From positions 36,654 to 91,750 of the forward strand of contig NMRA01000545.1 in assembly GCA_002633005.1 (NCBI GenBank): a stretch of 55,097 nucleotides of DNA. The letters run 5' to 3'. Of this stretch, positions 1 to 11,909 are shown in pieces. Numbering within the stretch: the first letter of the stretch is position 1; each line of letters starts with the position of its first letter. The notes beneath the pieces were generated by a model. The model saw nothing but the letters and a program-made list of their open reading frames with translations. It ran no database searches and was not told the DNA's origin. Made by a program: the position numbers and the translations under genes. The DNA comes from Phoronis australis. Taxonomy: Eukaryota > Animalia > Phoronida.

Positions 1-429
1 AACGACTATGCTCACGCACAAGCCTACTCCCTACCTTTAAAGTGTTTCATAATAAGCGCTCACTGATCTATTAAAAGTCCTCCCTTAAATTTTGAGAATT
101 TCCAATTAAGCGCCCACAGTTCAAGCTAGCGCCCATCATTGCGCACTACAAACGACCGCGTGTGGTTTAAAATTGACACGCAGTTTATATGGTGTGTGTC
201 ACTTTCATTTTACACAACTTCAGTTTTCTAAAACGTCTTTTCACAACATGTAAAAACCAAATCCCGGCTTTGTTTTATACCTCGGAAAGAAAATTAACAC
301 TAGTGACATGCGTGTCGTTTTGCGACTGACCTATTTTTCCCGTACTTGGAAGGTATTGAAGAGCAAACTCGCGATTATCCGAGTTAGTTTGAATCGTTAA
401 CGACTTTGATGACGGCCAGTGAGAAGACC

Positions 430-843
430 AGATCTAACAAAATCCCGGATACTTTTTCAACGGGCATTTTCTCCCTTTTCACATCGCAAATTTAGCTACT
501 CGAATGCACGAGTCAGTTAGAGAGCACTGATTCAACTTTCACGCCGGCAACTTGCCTTGCGCTCTAGAGACTTTCAATGGCGGTCGTGAAGAACAGTAAG
601 GCCGTACCTGCATGAATGAAGTCAATTTTGAAATCCGAAATTTGTGAGTATTTAACGCTGCAGGTAAGAGCATAATCTAAACATTTTCCCGATGATCTAA
701 AAAATCTGTTTTGGCGCGTAAAAATGGCGGGAAAATTTTGCGACCTGGCATTTACGAATGCGAGCTGGATTTTGAAAATGCGACCTGGGATTTTGGCTAG
801 GTCGCAAAATGCGACCTGGCGATTTTATTAGCGTCGAGCCCTG
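430..843. mobile_element. hAT-like non-autonomous DNA transposon, one end (left boundary approximate; other end not identified)
   Basis: Terminus reads CAGGGCTCGACGCTAA on the - strand from 843, a hAT-type CAGGG start, with repeated subterminal TGCGACCTGG motifs at 739-820. It cuts the Penelope RT exactly after YGLPKTHKPGTP. Confidence 0.55.
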
Positions 844-1470
844 CGGAGTACCGGGTTTATGGGTTTTCGGTAACCCATACATTTTAACAGGTTGTGAACC
901 AGTAGGGCGGATACTATCATAAGTGTCCTGATAATGGTATTGTTACGTTTCAAGTTGTAAACATATGACTGAAGTCAGGATTCATGTTTAACAGTGGGAT
1001 CATGACTCAGTTTAGAGAATTTGGTCTGGTCAGAAACAATGTCATTCATTTTGTAGATGTAATCTATTTTATCAAGTATGACGACACCATTCCCTTTGTC
1101 TGTATGGCAAATAACAGTTTGAGGGTCATGATGTAGATTTTTCAAAGCTGCTAACTCATTAGAGGAGAGGTTTTGTTCCGGTTGCTGTCTGTAGTTGTAG
1201 ATGTAGCGATAACATAGTTCACGCAGCCAGTGTTTGATCCGATTCTTGTCTGTAGTGATGTGACCTTGCAGACTATGATAAAGCGTTTCAAAGCTGGTTT
1301 TAACGCCAATATTGTCAAGCTGTCGTGGAGGATGACTGAATTTTAGCCCTCTGCTGAGAAGCATAGTTTCATCATCAGTGAGAGTAAGTGAGGATAGATT
1401 CACAACTTTAAAAATATCAATGTTATTACCATTCTGACCATGCTTGACTTTCAATTTTAAAGTTCGTGCT
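844..1470 (-). mobile_element. Penelope-like retroelement (PLE) fragment, N-terminal/RT-proximal region, degraded
   Basis: ORF 975-1454 has VVNLSSLTLT..E..LLSRGLKFS and ELAALKNL....VICHTDKGNGVVILDK.DY..KM; after a frameshift it reads YGLPKTHKPGTP (882-845). These are hallmark PLE motifs. Confidence 0.85.
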
Positions 1471-1869
1471 TCTGTTCTGGCCTAAATGAAATGTAATTAA
1501 CGAACAAGTTTCTAGTTTTATGCACTTTATTCTAATGTATTATTACTGAACGTGTCTGTTCAGTGTCAGTTTTGCTCAAAACATTATCTACCTGCCAGTT
1601 GATAAATTTAAGTATGATCTCCTTATGAAATCAACTAAACCATTTCATTAAGTAGTCTGTCACGGTTCTTGCAGACCAACGATAACACGTTGATACTGAT
1701 GTAAGATATACATACACTTAAAACCAATTCAGTTCAGTATTAACATGGACGGTGAGAGACGTTGCATGACTTGCAACGAACCTTTTAAAAAGCCAAAACG
1801 CCACCTAAAGACATTGAAATATGGTAAGCGTAACCATAAATGGCGTTGCACGAAAACATAGGTACATAT

Positions 1870-2866
1870 TTGCTTCTCCGTGCTGTAATTGATCTGTCTA
1901 AGGCTTTTGATTGCCTCCCCCATGAGCTCCTTGTTGCCAAACTAAAAGCCTATGACTGCACATTGAATACATGTAACTTCATAATGTCCTATCTCAGTGA
2001 TAGAAGGATGAGAGTGAAAATTGGCTCCACTGTGAGTGACTGGTTAAATGTCCCCAAGGGCGATCCTCAAGGGTCTGTCTTAGGCCCCATGTTATTCAAC
2101 ATTTTTATCAGTGATATATTTTACGCTATAAGCAGTCACTGTAAGTTATATAATTACGCTGATGACAATACCCTCTTGCAAGCAGGCTCTTCTCTATCTG
2201 CAGTTCACCTCAGCCTCAAGGTAGCTGGGCAGATGGCAATGGATTGGTTCTCCTCTAATGGAATGGCTGTAAACCATTGATGTTATTTGCTAAAAATCTT
2301 CTAAACAGATCAATGCCTTGTTCCGTTTTCGTAATGTTTTAGGCACTAACAGTAAGCTTAAGTTATATTACGCATTTATAAGATCCTATTTTAATCACTG
2401 CCCCCTCGTTTGGCACCTATGTGGAATACAGAAAAGTAGGAAAATGGAAAAGATACAACACTGTACTTTAAAATTTGTGTTCAATAACAGTGAGTCAAGC
2501 TACTCATAACTCTTAGATAAGGCTAGGAGCTGCTCTCTAACTAGTTGGCGGATGAAATGCTTATCTATTGAAGTACTCAAAAATGTTCATGTTATTTGAC
2601 CCTGTCCTTTCTCAGGAAAGCTTGAATTTAGAGAGTCTGGATATAGTCTCAGAGGTGAAAACTGTCTCTTTGTGAAACGCTTTAATACCATGACTTACAG
2701 GTGTAACTCAATCTCCAATAAAGGTACTTTGCTGTGGAACTCATTGCCATCAGTAATGAGACAATGTACTGCCTTAAAGGAATTTGCCACTCTTGCTCAT
2801 GATTTTTTCTCTGAGATCTGCTCTTGTGAAAACTGCTACGGATGTCTACACGCTCCGTAACATGTA
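1870..2866 (+). mobile_element. CR1/L2-type non-LTR retrotransposon, RT and C-terminal fragment (pseudogenised, internally deleted)
   Basis: RT motifs IDLSKAFD, PQGSVLGPMLFNIFI and YADD in ORF 1840-2280; C-terminal KLKLYYAFIRSYFNHCPLVW (2318-2509) and GTLLWNSLP (2672-2860). Confidence 0.9.
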
Positions 2867-2894
2867 TTCTGGAGTTCCGAATAGTTGCAGAGAC

Positions 2895-3340
2895 AGCAAT
2901 AATAGTATAGACTAGAAAATTTCACGATTTTTAATAATAGTAGAGACTAATAAAAGTGTAGACCCAACATCTTTGCCACTAGAAAAGTAGAATAATAGTA
3001 TAGACCGGAAATTTGTCGGAAAAAATTAATGATAGTATAGAATGGAATAATGGTATGACGGCAAATTTGTGGAAATTTAAACATACGTAGTATAGACTGG
3101 AATAATGATATTGATTACAAATTTAAGTAAAATCTAATAATGATATAGAAAGGAATAATGCAAAACAGCAAATTCTAAGGAACAATGGTATAGACGGGAA
3201 ATTTTTGGAAAATTAAAAATAATATAGACTAGAATAATAACATTGATTACAAATTTGCGTAAAATTTAGTTACGGTAGATGGAAATAATAGGAAGTACAA
3301 AATCTAATAATGATGTAGATGGGATTGGAATAATAGTGCA
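2895..3340. repeat. Degenerate subterminal tandem repeat (core AATAATAGTATAGAC..GAAA)
   Basis: More than 15 diverged copies of GAATAATA/GGTATAGAC/AAATTT motifs; related copies at 5625-5700. Confidence 0.75.
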
Positions 3341-5099
3341 AAGAAGCATATTCTTTCTGACTTACCGCCGCTTTAAGTATTTTTTTCAAAGAAAAACTTT
3401 TAAATTGAACATAGCAAATTATTGCAGTGGTGTATCCACCCATGCCATAACATAGTACAGTGAAGTGGAATAAAGTGTCATTGCTAAAACAAAGACTATT
3501 CGTTTATTCAATAACTTTAAATGGAAGTCTATATAGATGTGTTTCAAACAGCATGCATTATCATTTTACTCAAAAATCAATGTGACATTCATACTAGAGA
3601 TGCCAATGTCGACTAAGTCCAAAAATTATAACAAGGAGGTAAAGATTTCAGCAGCAACGTCCAGTCTTCCATGAAGCCGACAGTCTGAATAAAGACAATA
3701 AAGTGTCTAGGTAAAACGAGTCGCATTTTTATCATACATGTTCCTGACAGTCGAGCCTTTGTTTCTCTCAATCTCATGTCTTGCACAACGTTCATAGTCA
3801 ATACCCTCGTAATGTTAGTCAGAATTCGACGTCAAAAAGTCGGTACAGCCAAAATTTTACGCGGCCAGAAATTGAGATTTCGTGCAGAATTGCCCAACAT
3901 TCGAGTCCACAACCACAACTATGTCCACCATCTTGAATATCTAATTAGGTATTAGAAACAATCCGATTCAGGTGCGCTTTTCCATTTATTTGGACGGGAG
4001 AGCAAGAAGAAATCAATTTCAATAGATATCAACTGGATTGTCGAACGTTAGCAACTATATTTCAAGATTGCCACAAGTCCCTTCTTCCTGTTCATAAAAC
4101 AATCTATTCTCAAGTTTGTAGCGAATTGTAAAACTGCTGATGTCCGATGTTGTCGGTAACTTGTTGGCACCTGGTTCTTTAGGTTGATTGAAAGGTTCGG
4201 CACCGTTCATTAACTGCACGGGTATTTGCGCTTCGTTGACTAGCCGCGTTATCACCATGGTCCGTATGTGTAGCTGGATTATTTGTCGTACCAGCATCTG
4301 AATCAATGTCTGTATCTGGAACATCTCTCGGTTTGTAAAATAATCCTGGAATTCTTTTAGGCCTTTGCGCGGCAGACAACATGATCTCAAGTATGTAGAA
4401 TGCGCATGTCAATGATGACACTAGCTGTGCAAAATCCTGGAATTACTCACCGGGAAACGCAAACTTCGGGGACAGACACAGTGAAGAGTTGTTACGGCTT
4501 GCCAGTTTTTCACAGGGTGCAATCATAAATATTGGATTACCCAAAGAAACTCGTCGAAAGCGTTTTTATTCATAAGTATATTAAGCTGCCGGTAACACTG
4601 ATCGGATCTGTGTCACGGGGCACGCGGAATATTGAAAAATGCACTTTTTGTGCATTAAATTCATCATTTCTGAAATTACTGATAGCCTATTTCTTTGAGC
4701 GACTGCTGACCAGCCATTAATATTAAAAGAAGTGGTCATCATTTCAAGCTTTTTAAATTTTGCCAACACTTTCTTAATTCTGACCGATCCTGTCGAACCC
4801 GTCCAAAATAACATTCTGGCCATCCAGAACACACCCGCTGCGTAAACCCTTGCTTGGGAGTCCGATTATTTATGCTTTGAAACATACAGTTGTATATTTT
4901 AGCGAATAAAATCTTTTAATGTGTATGACATCTGACTTCCGTGCGTAACGCGGAGTCGTATATAGCTCTTCTAAATTTGTTAAATGCACGACACATTTCA
5001 TTGTTCACAGTCTTTATTCCGTTACTTTCATACTTTCGGAACAAAACTCTACTCTCAACTGAACATAGATACAGTAACTGACCTATCGACATAATTAAA

Positions 5100-5345
5100 A
5101 GACACACGATATTTCAAAACATACTTGTTTCATTCTCAAGTGAAGATAAAATGACGTAGTAATGCCACCACAGAGTAGTGGGACACGGCGGGTGTGAAAT
5201 ACTGCAAAGAATGACTAATGAAAGTCACGCAAACAAGTGTAACGTGCGGTGGACCCTGTTTGCTGCTCATTCAAAACAGGCTTCTCAAAAGCAATTAAAA
5301 GGGACTCTAATACTTTCAAACGCAGCACATCTTGCTCCAGGTAGC
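5100..5345 (-). mobile_element. Penelope-like element 3' fragment: GIY-YIG endonuclease C-terminus plus 3' UTR with hammerhead-like motif
   Basis: LEQDVLRLKVLESLLIAFEKPVLNEQ matches the PLE GIY-YIG end (E.LLI...KP.LN.Q). Downstream on the - strand is CACTTGAGAATGAAACAAGTATGTTTTGAAATATCGTG (5142-5105). Confidence 0.7.
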
Positions 5346-5722
5346 GAATTGACGTTTTTTCCACAATTTCTTGACGGGTGATTTTACGTGCGTGGCATTG
5401 CAGAAAATGATTTTGAATGGCGCCATTTTGAAGATGCATGGATAACCGATGAACTCTAAACTGAGTGACTCGTGGTCTAGAGGTTTAGAGCAACTTAAGA
5501 GCAAATTATCCACTTCTTACGACCAAGATACGATACCCGGTGTCATCAACAAATTTGTGATGAATGAAACAAGAATTGAGAACTTGCTGAATCAAATAAT
5601 CGTGGAGAGCGGAAAAAGGTTAGAAAATTAATAAACGTAGATACAAGAATAAGCGTCGTATAGACCGGAAAACGAGTGAAAAAAATAATCGTATAGATAT
5701 GACTATTCGGAATTAGAGAGTA

Positions 5723-5925
5723 TGTGTACTTTTGTATTTATATTTATGTTTAAGTTCTGTATATTCTCTGTACTGTAGAATTGGTTTTTTTTTTGGTTCT
5801 GTATTTTCATTTTGTAGATTTTAAATTTGTCGATAGTAGCACTTGTGCTAACGTTTCATTGTTAAATCTCACCGACTTTTAAATAAAGATTATTACTACT
5901 GCTACTACTGAATGAAATGAAATTG
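5723..5925 (+). mobile_element. 3' UTR and tail of the CR1/L2-type LINE
   Basis: T-rich UTR, AATAAA at 5882-5887, then a short-repeat tail (ATT/ACT)n TGAATGAAATGAAATTGA typical of CR1/L2 3' ends. Confidence 0.6.
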
Positions 5926-5931
5926 ATAGTA

Positions 5932-6750
5932 TCGTCGGAGGTCCTAAAGTCGTGAGTGCCCGAAAGTCGTGAGTGCCCTAAAGTCGTGAACCATCTTATT
6001 TCCTCTTCTGCGCGGTCCCACAACATCTAGCGTTGAAGTTTCCAGCTTTCATCTGCTTAGGAACGTCAAACGAGTACCCGGACATGTTGATATTCAAAAT
6101 ATGATAACAAACAGTGAATGAGTGGCTTCTTTTTTCAAATGTATCTTAAAAACAGCATATTTCACTTATCCATTTTTTGAGCATTTTCAGAATATATTCT
6201 TGAAAATATACATCGTTCAGATTTGCTCAAACACACGCTCCAGGGGTAGCTTGAACAATGTATCAAAATTTCCACAGTCGATCAAGTTTTGTAAAGCCAA
6301 AGCAATAAAATACAGAGAGATAATTGAACCTGGGTTCTTAACGTTTTATGTTAACATCCTCATTGAAAATGTCTGTGCACATCGGAATTGGGTGCAAAAC
6401 ACTTTGCAATTTATTTCAATTGAAACTGAATTAATAAACGTTTTTATGTCGTTTAGAATAACTGTAAGCACTGTAGTTGACTTGTGTGGCCTTACTTCAT
6501 GCATTTCCGTCTAAACGAAACGGTCACGACTTTAGGGCCTCATTCAAAATGGCCGGCGATATGAGCGACCGTTTCCAAACTCTGTTTACGGAGACAAACA
6601 CAGGTTAAGACTAGAAAAACACGTATATTTGTGAAGGCTAATAAATGTCCATGACATCACATGAGCAGTTGCTAACGGACATTGGGTAGTATGACAATCA
6701 GCTACGTTTTATGCTTATATTCGTGACTTTAGGTCACTGGAGTCTACGAC
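5932..6750. mobile_element. MITE-like element with CCTAAAGTCGTGA subterminal repeats
   Basis: Three direct copies at 5943-5989 and inverted copies (TCACGACTTTAGG / GTGACTTTAGG) at ~6524-6536 and ~6723-6733; no coding potential. Confidence 0.5.
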
Positions 6751-7039
6751 TCCAGCAGAAATGTAAAACACGACTACGAGTAGGAAATCAATCTTACTCG
6801 TATTATTCGATCGGACGCAGAGTGGACGGTTTTATTTGGCTGTCCCACCTGTATATAACCACAGATCTGTCTGTAGAAGGGACTTCAATAATTTAACTGT
6901 TGATGCACCGAATTGATTTGAATTAAATCACACGTCAACATGGATAAATTTAAAGGTATAACACGGATGTTATTAATTATGTGCCTGTCAGGATCTTTGT
7001 GACTCTAACATGCTTCTTTATGTTGGTGATGCCGTTGTT

Positions 7040-7620
7040 CCATGTATAACTTCCATTAAACTACTTGGCTTTGACTTTAAGCTAACATTCCATCAATATG
7101 TTGATGAGCTATATGTGTCATGGCAGACGGCACTAGTCGGATTTAGCGGTCCCTTATTTAGAGAACCAGGCAATCACTGAATAACGGGCCCGTTATTTAG
7201 TAGATGAACTGGTTCTCTAAATGAGGGACCACTATATCCGATCAGTGCCATGATGGCAGCTACGCATATATCAAATTATTGTCTCCGTAGTTTTATTGAC
7301 CAGGCAACAAGTTAAAACTTTTTCATACTTTTGTTAGATATTGAAGTACTGTCTACTTGTTTGACATTTAAGGGGTGTTGTACGAGGCAGAAAAATAGAC
7401 AAGATTGACAAAATTGACAGGATTGAGTTTCATGCCCTCATGCTAGCGTTTAATGATTACCCGTCCTCGTATTCAGCTTTACTATCAAAGGCTAAGTCTG
7501 TTCCATTTGTGGCTCATCGAATGATTTGTCTAGCTTTAGATATATTTGAATACATCCACCTTGTTGGCTTAGGTCCTTTAGATTGCTTAGTATTGCGTCA
7601 ATTACCCTACAACTTCTAAA
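7040..7620 (+). mobile_element. Old CR1/L2-type LINE C-terminal fragment
   Basis: Broken frames give IKLLGFDFKLTFHQYVDEL and KLKLFHTFV..YCLLV, homologous to the LINE C-terminus at 2318-2509. Confidence 0.55.
7127..7252. mobile_element. 126-bp palindromic (foldback) MITE with 7-bp TSD
   Basis: Near-complete hairpin centred on ATAACGGGCCCGTTAT; flanked by direct repeat ATGGCAG at 7120-7126 and 7253-7259. Confidence 0.75.
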
Positions 7621-7669
7621 TTCGTTCCTCTGCTTTCGTCTAAAACTCTATACACAATCCAGGTGTCTC

Positions 7670-8077
7670 TGCTGTGCGTGAACTTAGAATCCTGCTTAAT
7701 CTTAAGATGCGTGAACTTGGAATACACGAGGAAACTTGACAAGTTCACTCAAATAATCATGTTTACATTGATAAAAATTTGCACTGCACTAAATCAAATT
7801 ACATGTTAATAAAATGACACAAAGTTTAACTAGTCTTTTTTCAACTATTGGCAATCTTATTCACTAAACAACACTTGATTTAACCATTCACATACTCCTC
7901 CGATTCTCTGATACAAGTTACGGTGAAAAGGAAAGTGGGTGATTATGAGGCCAGTAATTACAAAAATTCTTTATACTTAACAAAAAAATTCACCTGATTG
8001 CCCAAATGAATATTCAATTCCAAGTTCACGCATACGCGATCTTGAAATTAAGTAGGATTCCAAGTTCATGGACAGCA
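7670..8077. mobile_element. MITE with ~55-bp TIRs
   Basis: TGCTGTGCGTGAACTTAGAATCCTGCTTAATCTTAAGAT..GCGTGAACTTGGAAT is mirrored by ATTCCAAGTTCACGC..ATCTTGAAATTAAGTAGGATTCCAAGTTCATGGACAGCA. Confidence 0.7.
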
Positions 8078-8856
8078 TTTCTCTGTCGAACAAACTGCCT
8101 GAATCAATTAGAAGTTACAATGATCTGACATGGTTTCGACTTTTCAAAGAGAAGACTGTGAGTACCAAAACTGAATCCAGAGATGTACACAAGAACCCTC
8201 TAGAGGCAGATAGGAGTAATACTCTCCCAAATAAAAGCAGAATTGCCCCGGCTGGCGATGCGTTATCAGACAAAAGAAACAATAAAAAGCTAGATTTTGG
8301 TGCGTAAATATGTGGGAAAAGTGCCAAATTATCAATAAGTTTGTTGCCAAAAAATAAGCGGTGAAAAATTAAGGAAGGTTGAGCAACTCGGATTTGAAAT
8401 TGTGTTTTGCGAGTGAGTTTTCGTCTCAAGTCGACTAAGGCTGCATTAGTTTGATATTTGGGAGCCGACACTCACTAAATGGTATCCTGCTTCATAGTCA
8501 CGTGAACTTTCCAAAATAGGATCACGATTATTTTCCAAAATTCTGTTATGTAGTCACATGACTTGCCAGTGTTAGCTCATCAGAAGCAATCGTGTACAGC
8601 TATTAATTTAAGTTTAATTTTCCCGTGACACCATTGTTTCGAATATGAATTTTGGACTTGGACACACCACTCTTCAGCATTATTGGAGTGCGAACACATC
8701 TTTTGTTTCAACCAGTTTCTAATCCTGGTGTGCAAGACCAGCGGAGTTGACATTTTTACCTCATTATTGAAAGTGTCCAAGTTTCATGCAAACAAGAGCT
8801 ATGTGTCTAGCAAAGTGAGATTTAAGTTGGTTGACTAAGCATGTTGCAGTGGTTAA

Positions 8857-10747
8857 GGTAGGTGTATATACTGGTCAAATCTCCAAGTTCCTAAATAAAA
8901 TGAGTAAAAAGGGAGTTAGACATGACTCTGAAAGTGACAAAAATCAAAAAAAAAGTTTTGTAGTTCGCTTCAAAAAATTCAATTTTACCTCGAATTTTTT
9001 TTTCAAAATGCACAGGGATTATCATCAACTGTTTCCTTACGCAATATTCTACATATACGTACCAAATATATGTACAAAATCATTATGATCTTGATTTTGC
9101 AGCATTTTTTGCGTGTGAGTTGGGGGAAGCACGCCACTTTTTGTCATTTGGTCACTTTCCATCTAATAACTAAAAATCTGGTCCATGTAGCAAAAAACCC
9201 TGGCACGCAATTTTACTTCAGTCCTAGAGGATTTCAAATTTGCAAATTTCGTAAAAATTGACCCACGTGTTGCGGTAAAATAGGCCCGAGAATCTTGTCA
9301 CTATCCTGAAATCACGAGCCGAGAAAAACGGCTTTGAAGTTAAGCGGTCATCGATTGCCACTTGAGATCAAATTTCGTTCAGAATGCGTGGTCATTATGT
9401 TCCAATTTTTGTTGAAGTACTAGAAATAAAGCTGATATTTACTTCATGTTTAGAAAATGTGACATACCAGTGTTTGTTTACAGCGTAATTTTAATCATTT
9501 TTTCGAACTTGTGAAGCACGACAGATGACCAAAACAAATATGGCTGTCACGTGGGCGGAGCTTAGCGTTGATCTATTGTCTGCTGTACTGGTGTGCCAAC
9601 CACACATTAAAACCATGTGTTGATTGTTTATACGATTCATCTGAACTCTCCACTCAGTGTTGTAAAAGACTCTCTAACTATATTACACAAACCTATTTGT
9701 TAGTATTCCAATATTATCATCAACCAATATCTGTGTTATATCAAATCGCTGTGTTACTGTCTACATAACAATGTTGGTGATGAGGATAAAGAACTACTTT
9801 CATAGTAATGGTTCAACATTTTTACGTGCCTGTACTGAATGTACTTTGGGATAAGAAAATATGACTTTCTACACAAATAGCGTCGCTTGGGTGAGATTCT
9901 CAAGTTACCAAAGTTTCTTGTATTGCTTTCCTCTAAAATTGTATAATATCAGGGATACGTTTGAATCTATGCACTAGAAACATTTTGTTATGTTGAACAC
10001 TGGGTCATTTGATTCTCTAATTCTTTGGGGTACGGCCAGTGACAAGTTAAAAAATCCCCTGAGTTTGACAGCCGAGTTTCTCCACGGCGCGTTCCCAACA
10101 CATAAGCACGGTTTATCTGCTAAGACTCTACTCTGACAGTATGTAGTTGTCCATGTGTTGCGCGCGCGGCATGTCTTCACAGCGCATGCATGCACTCTCA
10201 CCACCCATGCGATGCTCAGCATCCTCTCGCAAGACACCTCACCTTACCAGCTTTTCTTGTACACGCACAATTTCTGCACTGACTCCTCAAGCTGAGTGCA
10301 GTGATGGCTTCGGTAGGACTTCGCGTACTCAACTTAATTTTTTGCAGATAGACAAACAGGCTCTGAGGCTCGGAACAGGAGCTTGTTCACCATTTCACTA
10401 CCAACTTTCACATGGTCAAAAATAGAATTATTTTATTCTTGGTCTTGCTACAACATCCATATCAGCTGGTACAGCACTCTCGATTGCCCGGTTACGCAAT
10501 GTTTGTTGGCAGGGTTAGATTAGAGCTAGTGTCCTTGTATAAGCTCCGCCCCAGTTGTCAGTCACTGAGCTGTTGAGCACTCAAGCCATATGACTTACTG
10601 AGGCTTGGTCAAATATAGCTAAAAAACAACTTTGGATTTTCAGAATGATTTTATTTTTCTTCAGTATACTGTGCATCAAGAATTAAAGATTAGAATGACA
10701 TAAAATGTAAAAAAGTCAAAATTAATTTTTTTGTGTATCCACCTACC
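8857..10747. mobile_element. Kolobok-type non-autonomous DNA transposon (TTAA TSD)
   Basis: TTAA|GGTAGGTGTATATAC ... GTGTATCCACCTACC|TTAA (TSDs 8853-8856 and 10748-10751), purine-purine termini, and internal inverted GGGCGGAGCTTA / TAAGCTCCGCCC (~9553 and ~10540). Confidence 0.75.
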
Positions 10748-11319
10748 TTAAGACTCTGTTGTTTACATCATGCCATGCAGCACAGGAATGCCAGGTCAAA
10801 GGTCAACAAGGATCTGATGTGGAAGCCTGTTGTATTGTCTTATTTGAATTATAGTCTACGTAATTATCTTGTGCACCTGTTACATTGTACTTTGAATTCA
10901 TTGTCAGAGATAATAAAGTGATCTCACCATAGAGGTGGTCATTGTGGGGAGGGAAGATTTACATCTTTGGTATTCCTATCCATGTTGGGCTGTAATCAAC
11001 AAAGAATGCAAGCGAAACATTTAATTTTGTTATTGTCCTTGATTGGAAGAATTTTATTTGCAGTACCTCTCTCAGTGAATTCTTTCTGTCAGCTAAGTGC
11101 CCACTCTGTAGCTTCAAAAGTCATTCTAAAAGAATCAGCTGATGTCTGGCTGCCATTCTTGGTTTAAGACACACCCTTTGAGGTTTAAGTGCCTTAACAG
11201 CCAAATGATTTTAAAAATACTTTGGAGGCATGGGACTTATTTTTTTTTGTAGAACGCATGTGACTAAGAGCCTTGCTAGACATACCTGAATCAGTGCTAT
11301 CATTGTGTCTCTCCCATTA

Positions 11320-11685
11320 GTCCCGTTTAGACATCAATTTTTGGCCCGGGGCAACTGACACGGAGCAAATTGACCCATGTCAAGTGACCGTTTCGACACA
11401 CAACTCACTAACCGTGGCTAGACGGAAATTGCAGGCTGGAAAGACTGGATCGCACATGCGCAGGTTTACAAACGACAAGATCCTTTCCGCCTTGCCCCAG
11501 TTTCGCGTTTAGACATATAATTGACACGGAGTAAGATGTTCGGATGCAAACTGCTCTACGTCACAAACAGGTGGCAAAATTTGTCACCACGGTATCAGTT
11601 TGCTTCGTGTCTGTCCCGTTTACACACTGGAACAAGTCGTTCCGTGTCAGCTGATCCGTGTCAACTTTTGAAGTGTAAACGGCAC
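11320..11685. mobile_element. PIF/Harbinger-like MITE
   Basis: TIRs GTCCCGTTTAGACATCAA / TTGAAGTGTAAACGGCAC, internal repeats of CGTTTA(G/C)AC and TGACACGGA; left flank TTA, right flank TTT (imperfect TSD). Confidence 0.6.
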
Positions 11686-11808
11686 TTTTGAGGATTTCAT
11701 TCCTCAATATCTTTCATGTTCATGTTTTGTTTATTTTAGTGTCTGAATGATTAAGGCGTGCCTATAACCTGTCATGTGACTAGAGGCGACATTGATGGTC
11801 GACACAGG

Positions 11809-11909
11809 ATGTGGTCAAATTTGAGCGACTTATCAACAGCCCTCACACCCATTCCCATCCAATCTCTGCGTTGTCAGGATATTCTGTTTAATGTGATTGG
11901 CAATTCAGG
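11809..11909 (+). CDS. TPRA1: TPRA1 (GPR175) coding exon 1 (exon acceptor at 11740)
   Basis: MWSNLSDLSTALTPIPIQSLRCQDILFNVIGNS(G); first in-frame ATG after an in-frame TAA; donor GG|GTAAGG; phase 2 fits the next exon. Confidence 0.8.

Larger units (their letters stand above)
2867..5720. mobile_element. TA-flanked Tc1/mariner/pogo-type non-autonomous DNA element inserted in the LINE 3' UTR
   Basis: Left end TA|TTCTGGAGTTCCGAATAGT (TA 2865-2866); right end ACTATTCGGAATTAGAGAG|TA (TA 5721-5722), forming imperfect TIRs. The same AATA..GTATAGAC repeat lies near both ends. LINE UTR resumes after 5722. Confidence 0.65.

Noticed and set aside
6122-6514. 130-aa ORF (and similar AT-rich 60-125 aa ORFs elsewhere)
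   Set aside because: Lies inside a non-coding MITE or introns, with Phe/Ile/Lys-biased composition and no motifs or splice support.
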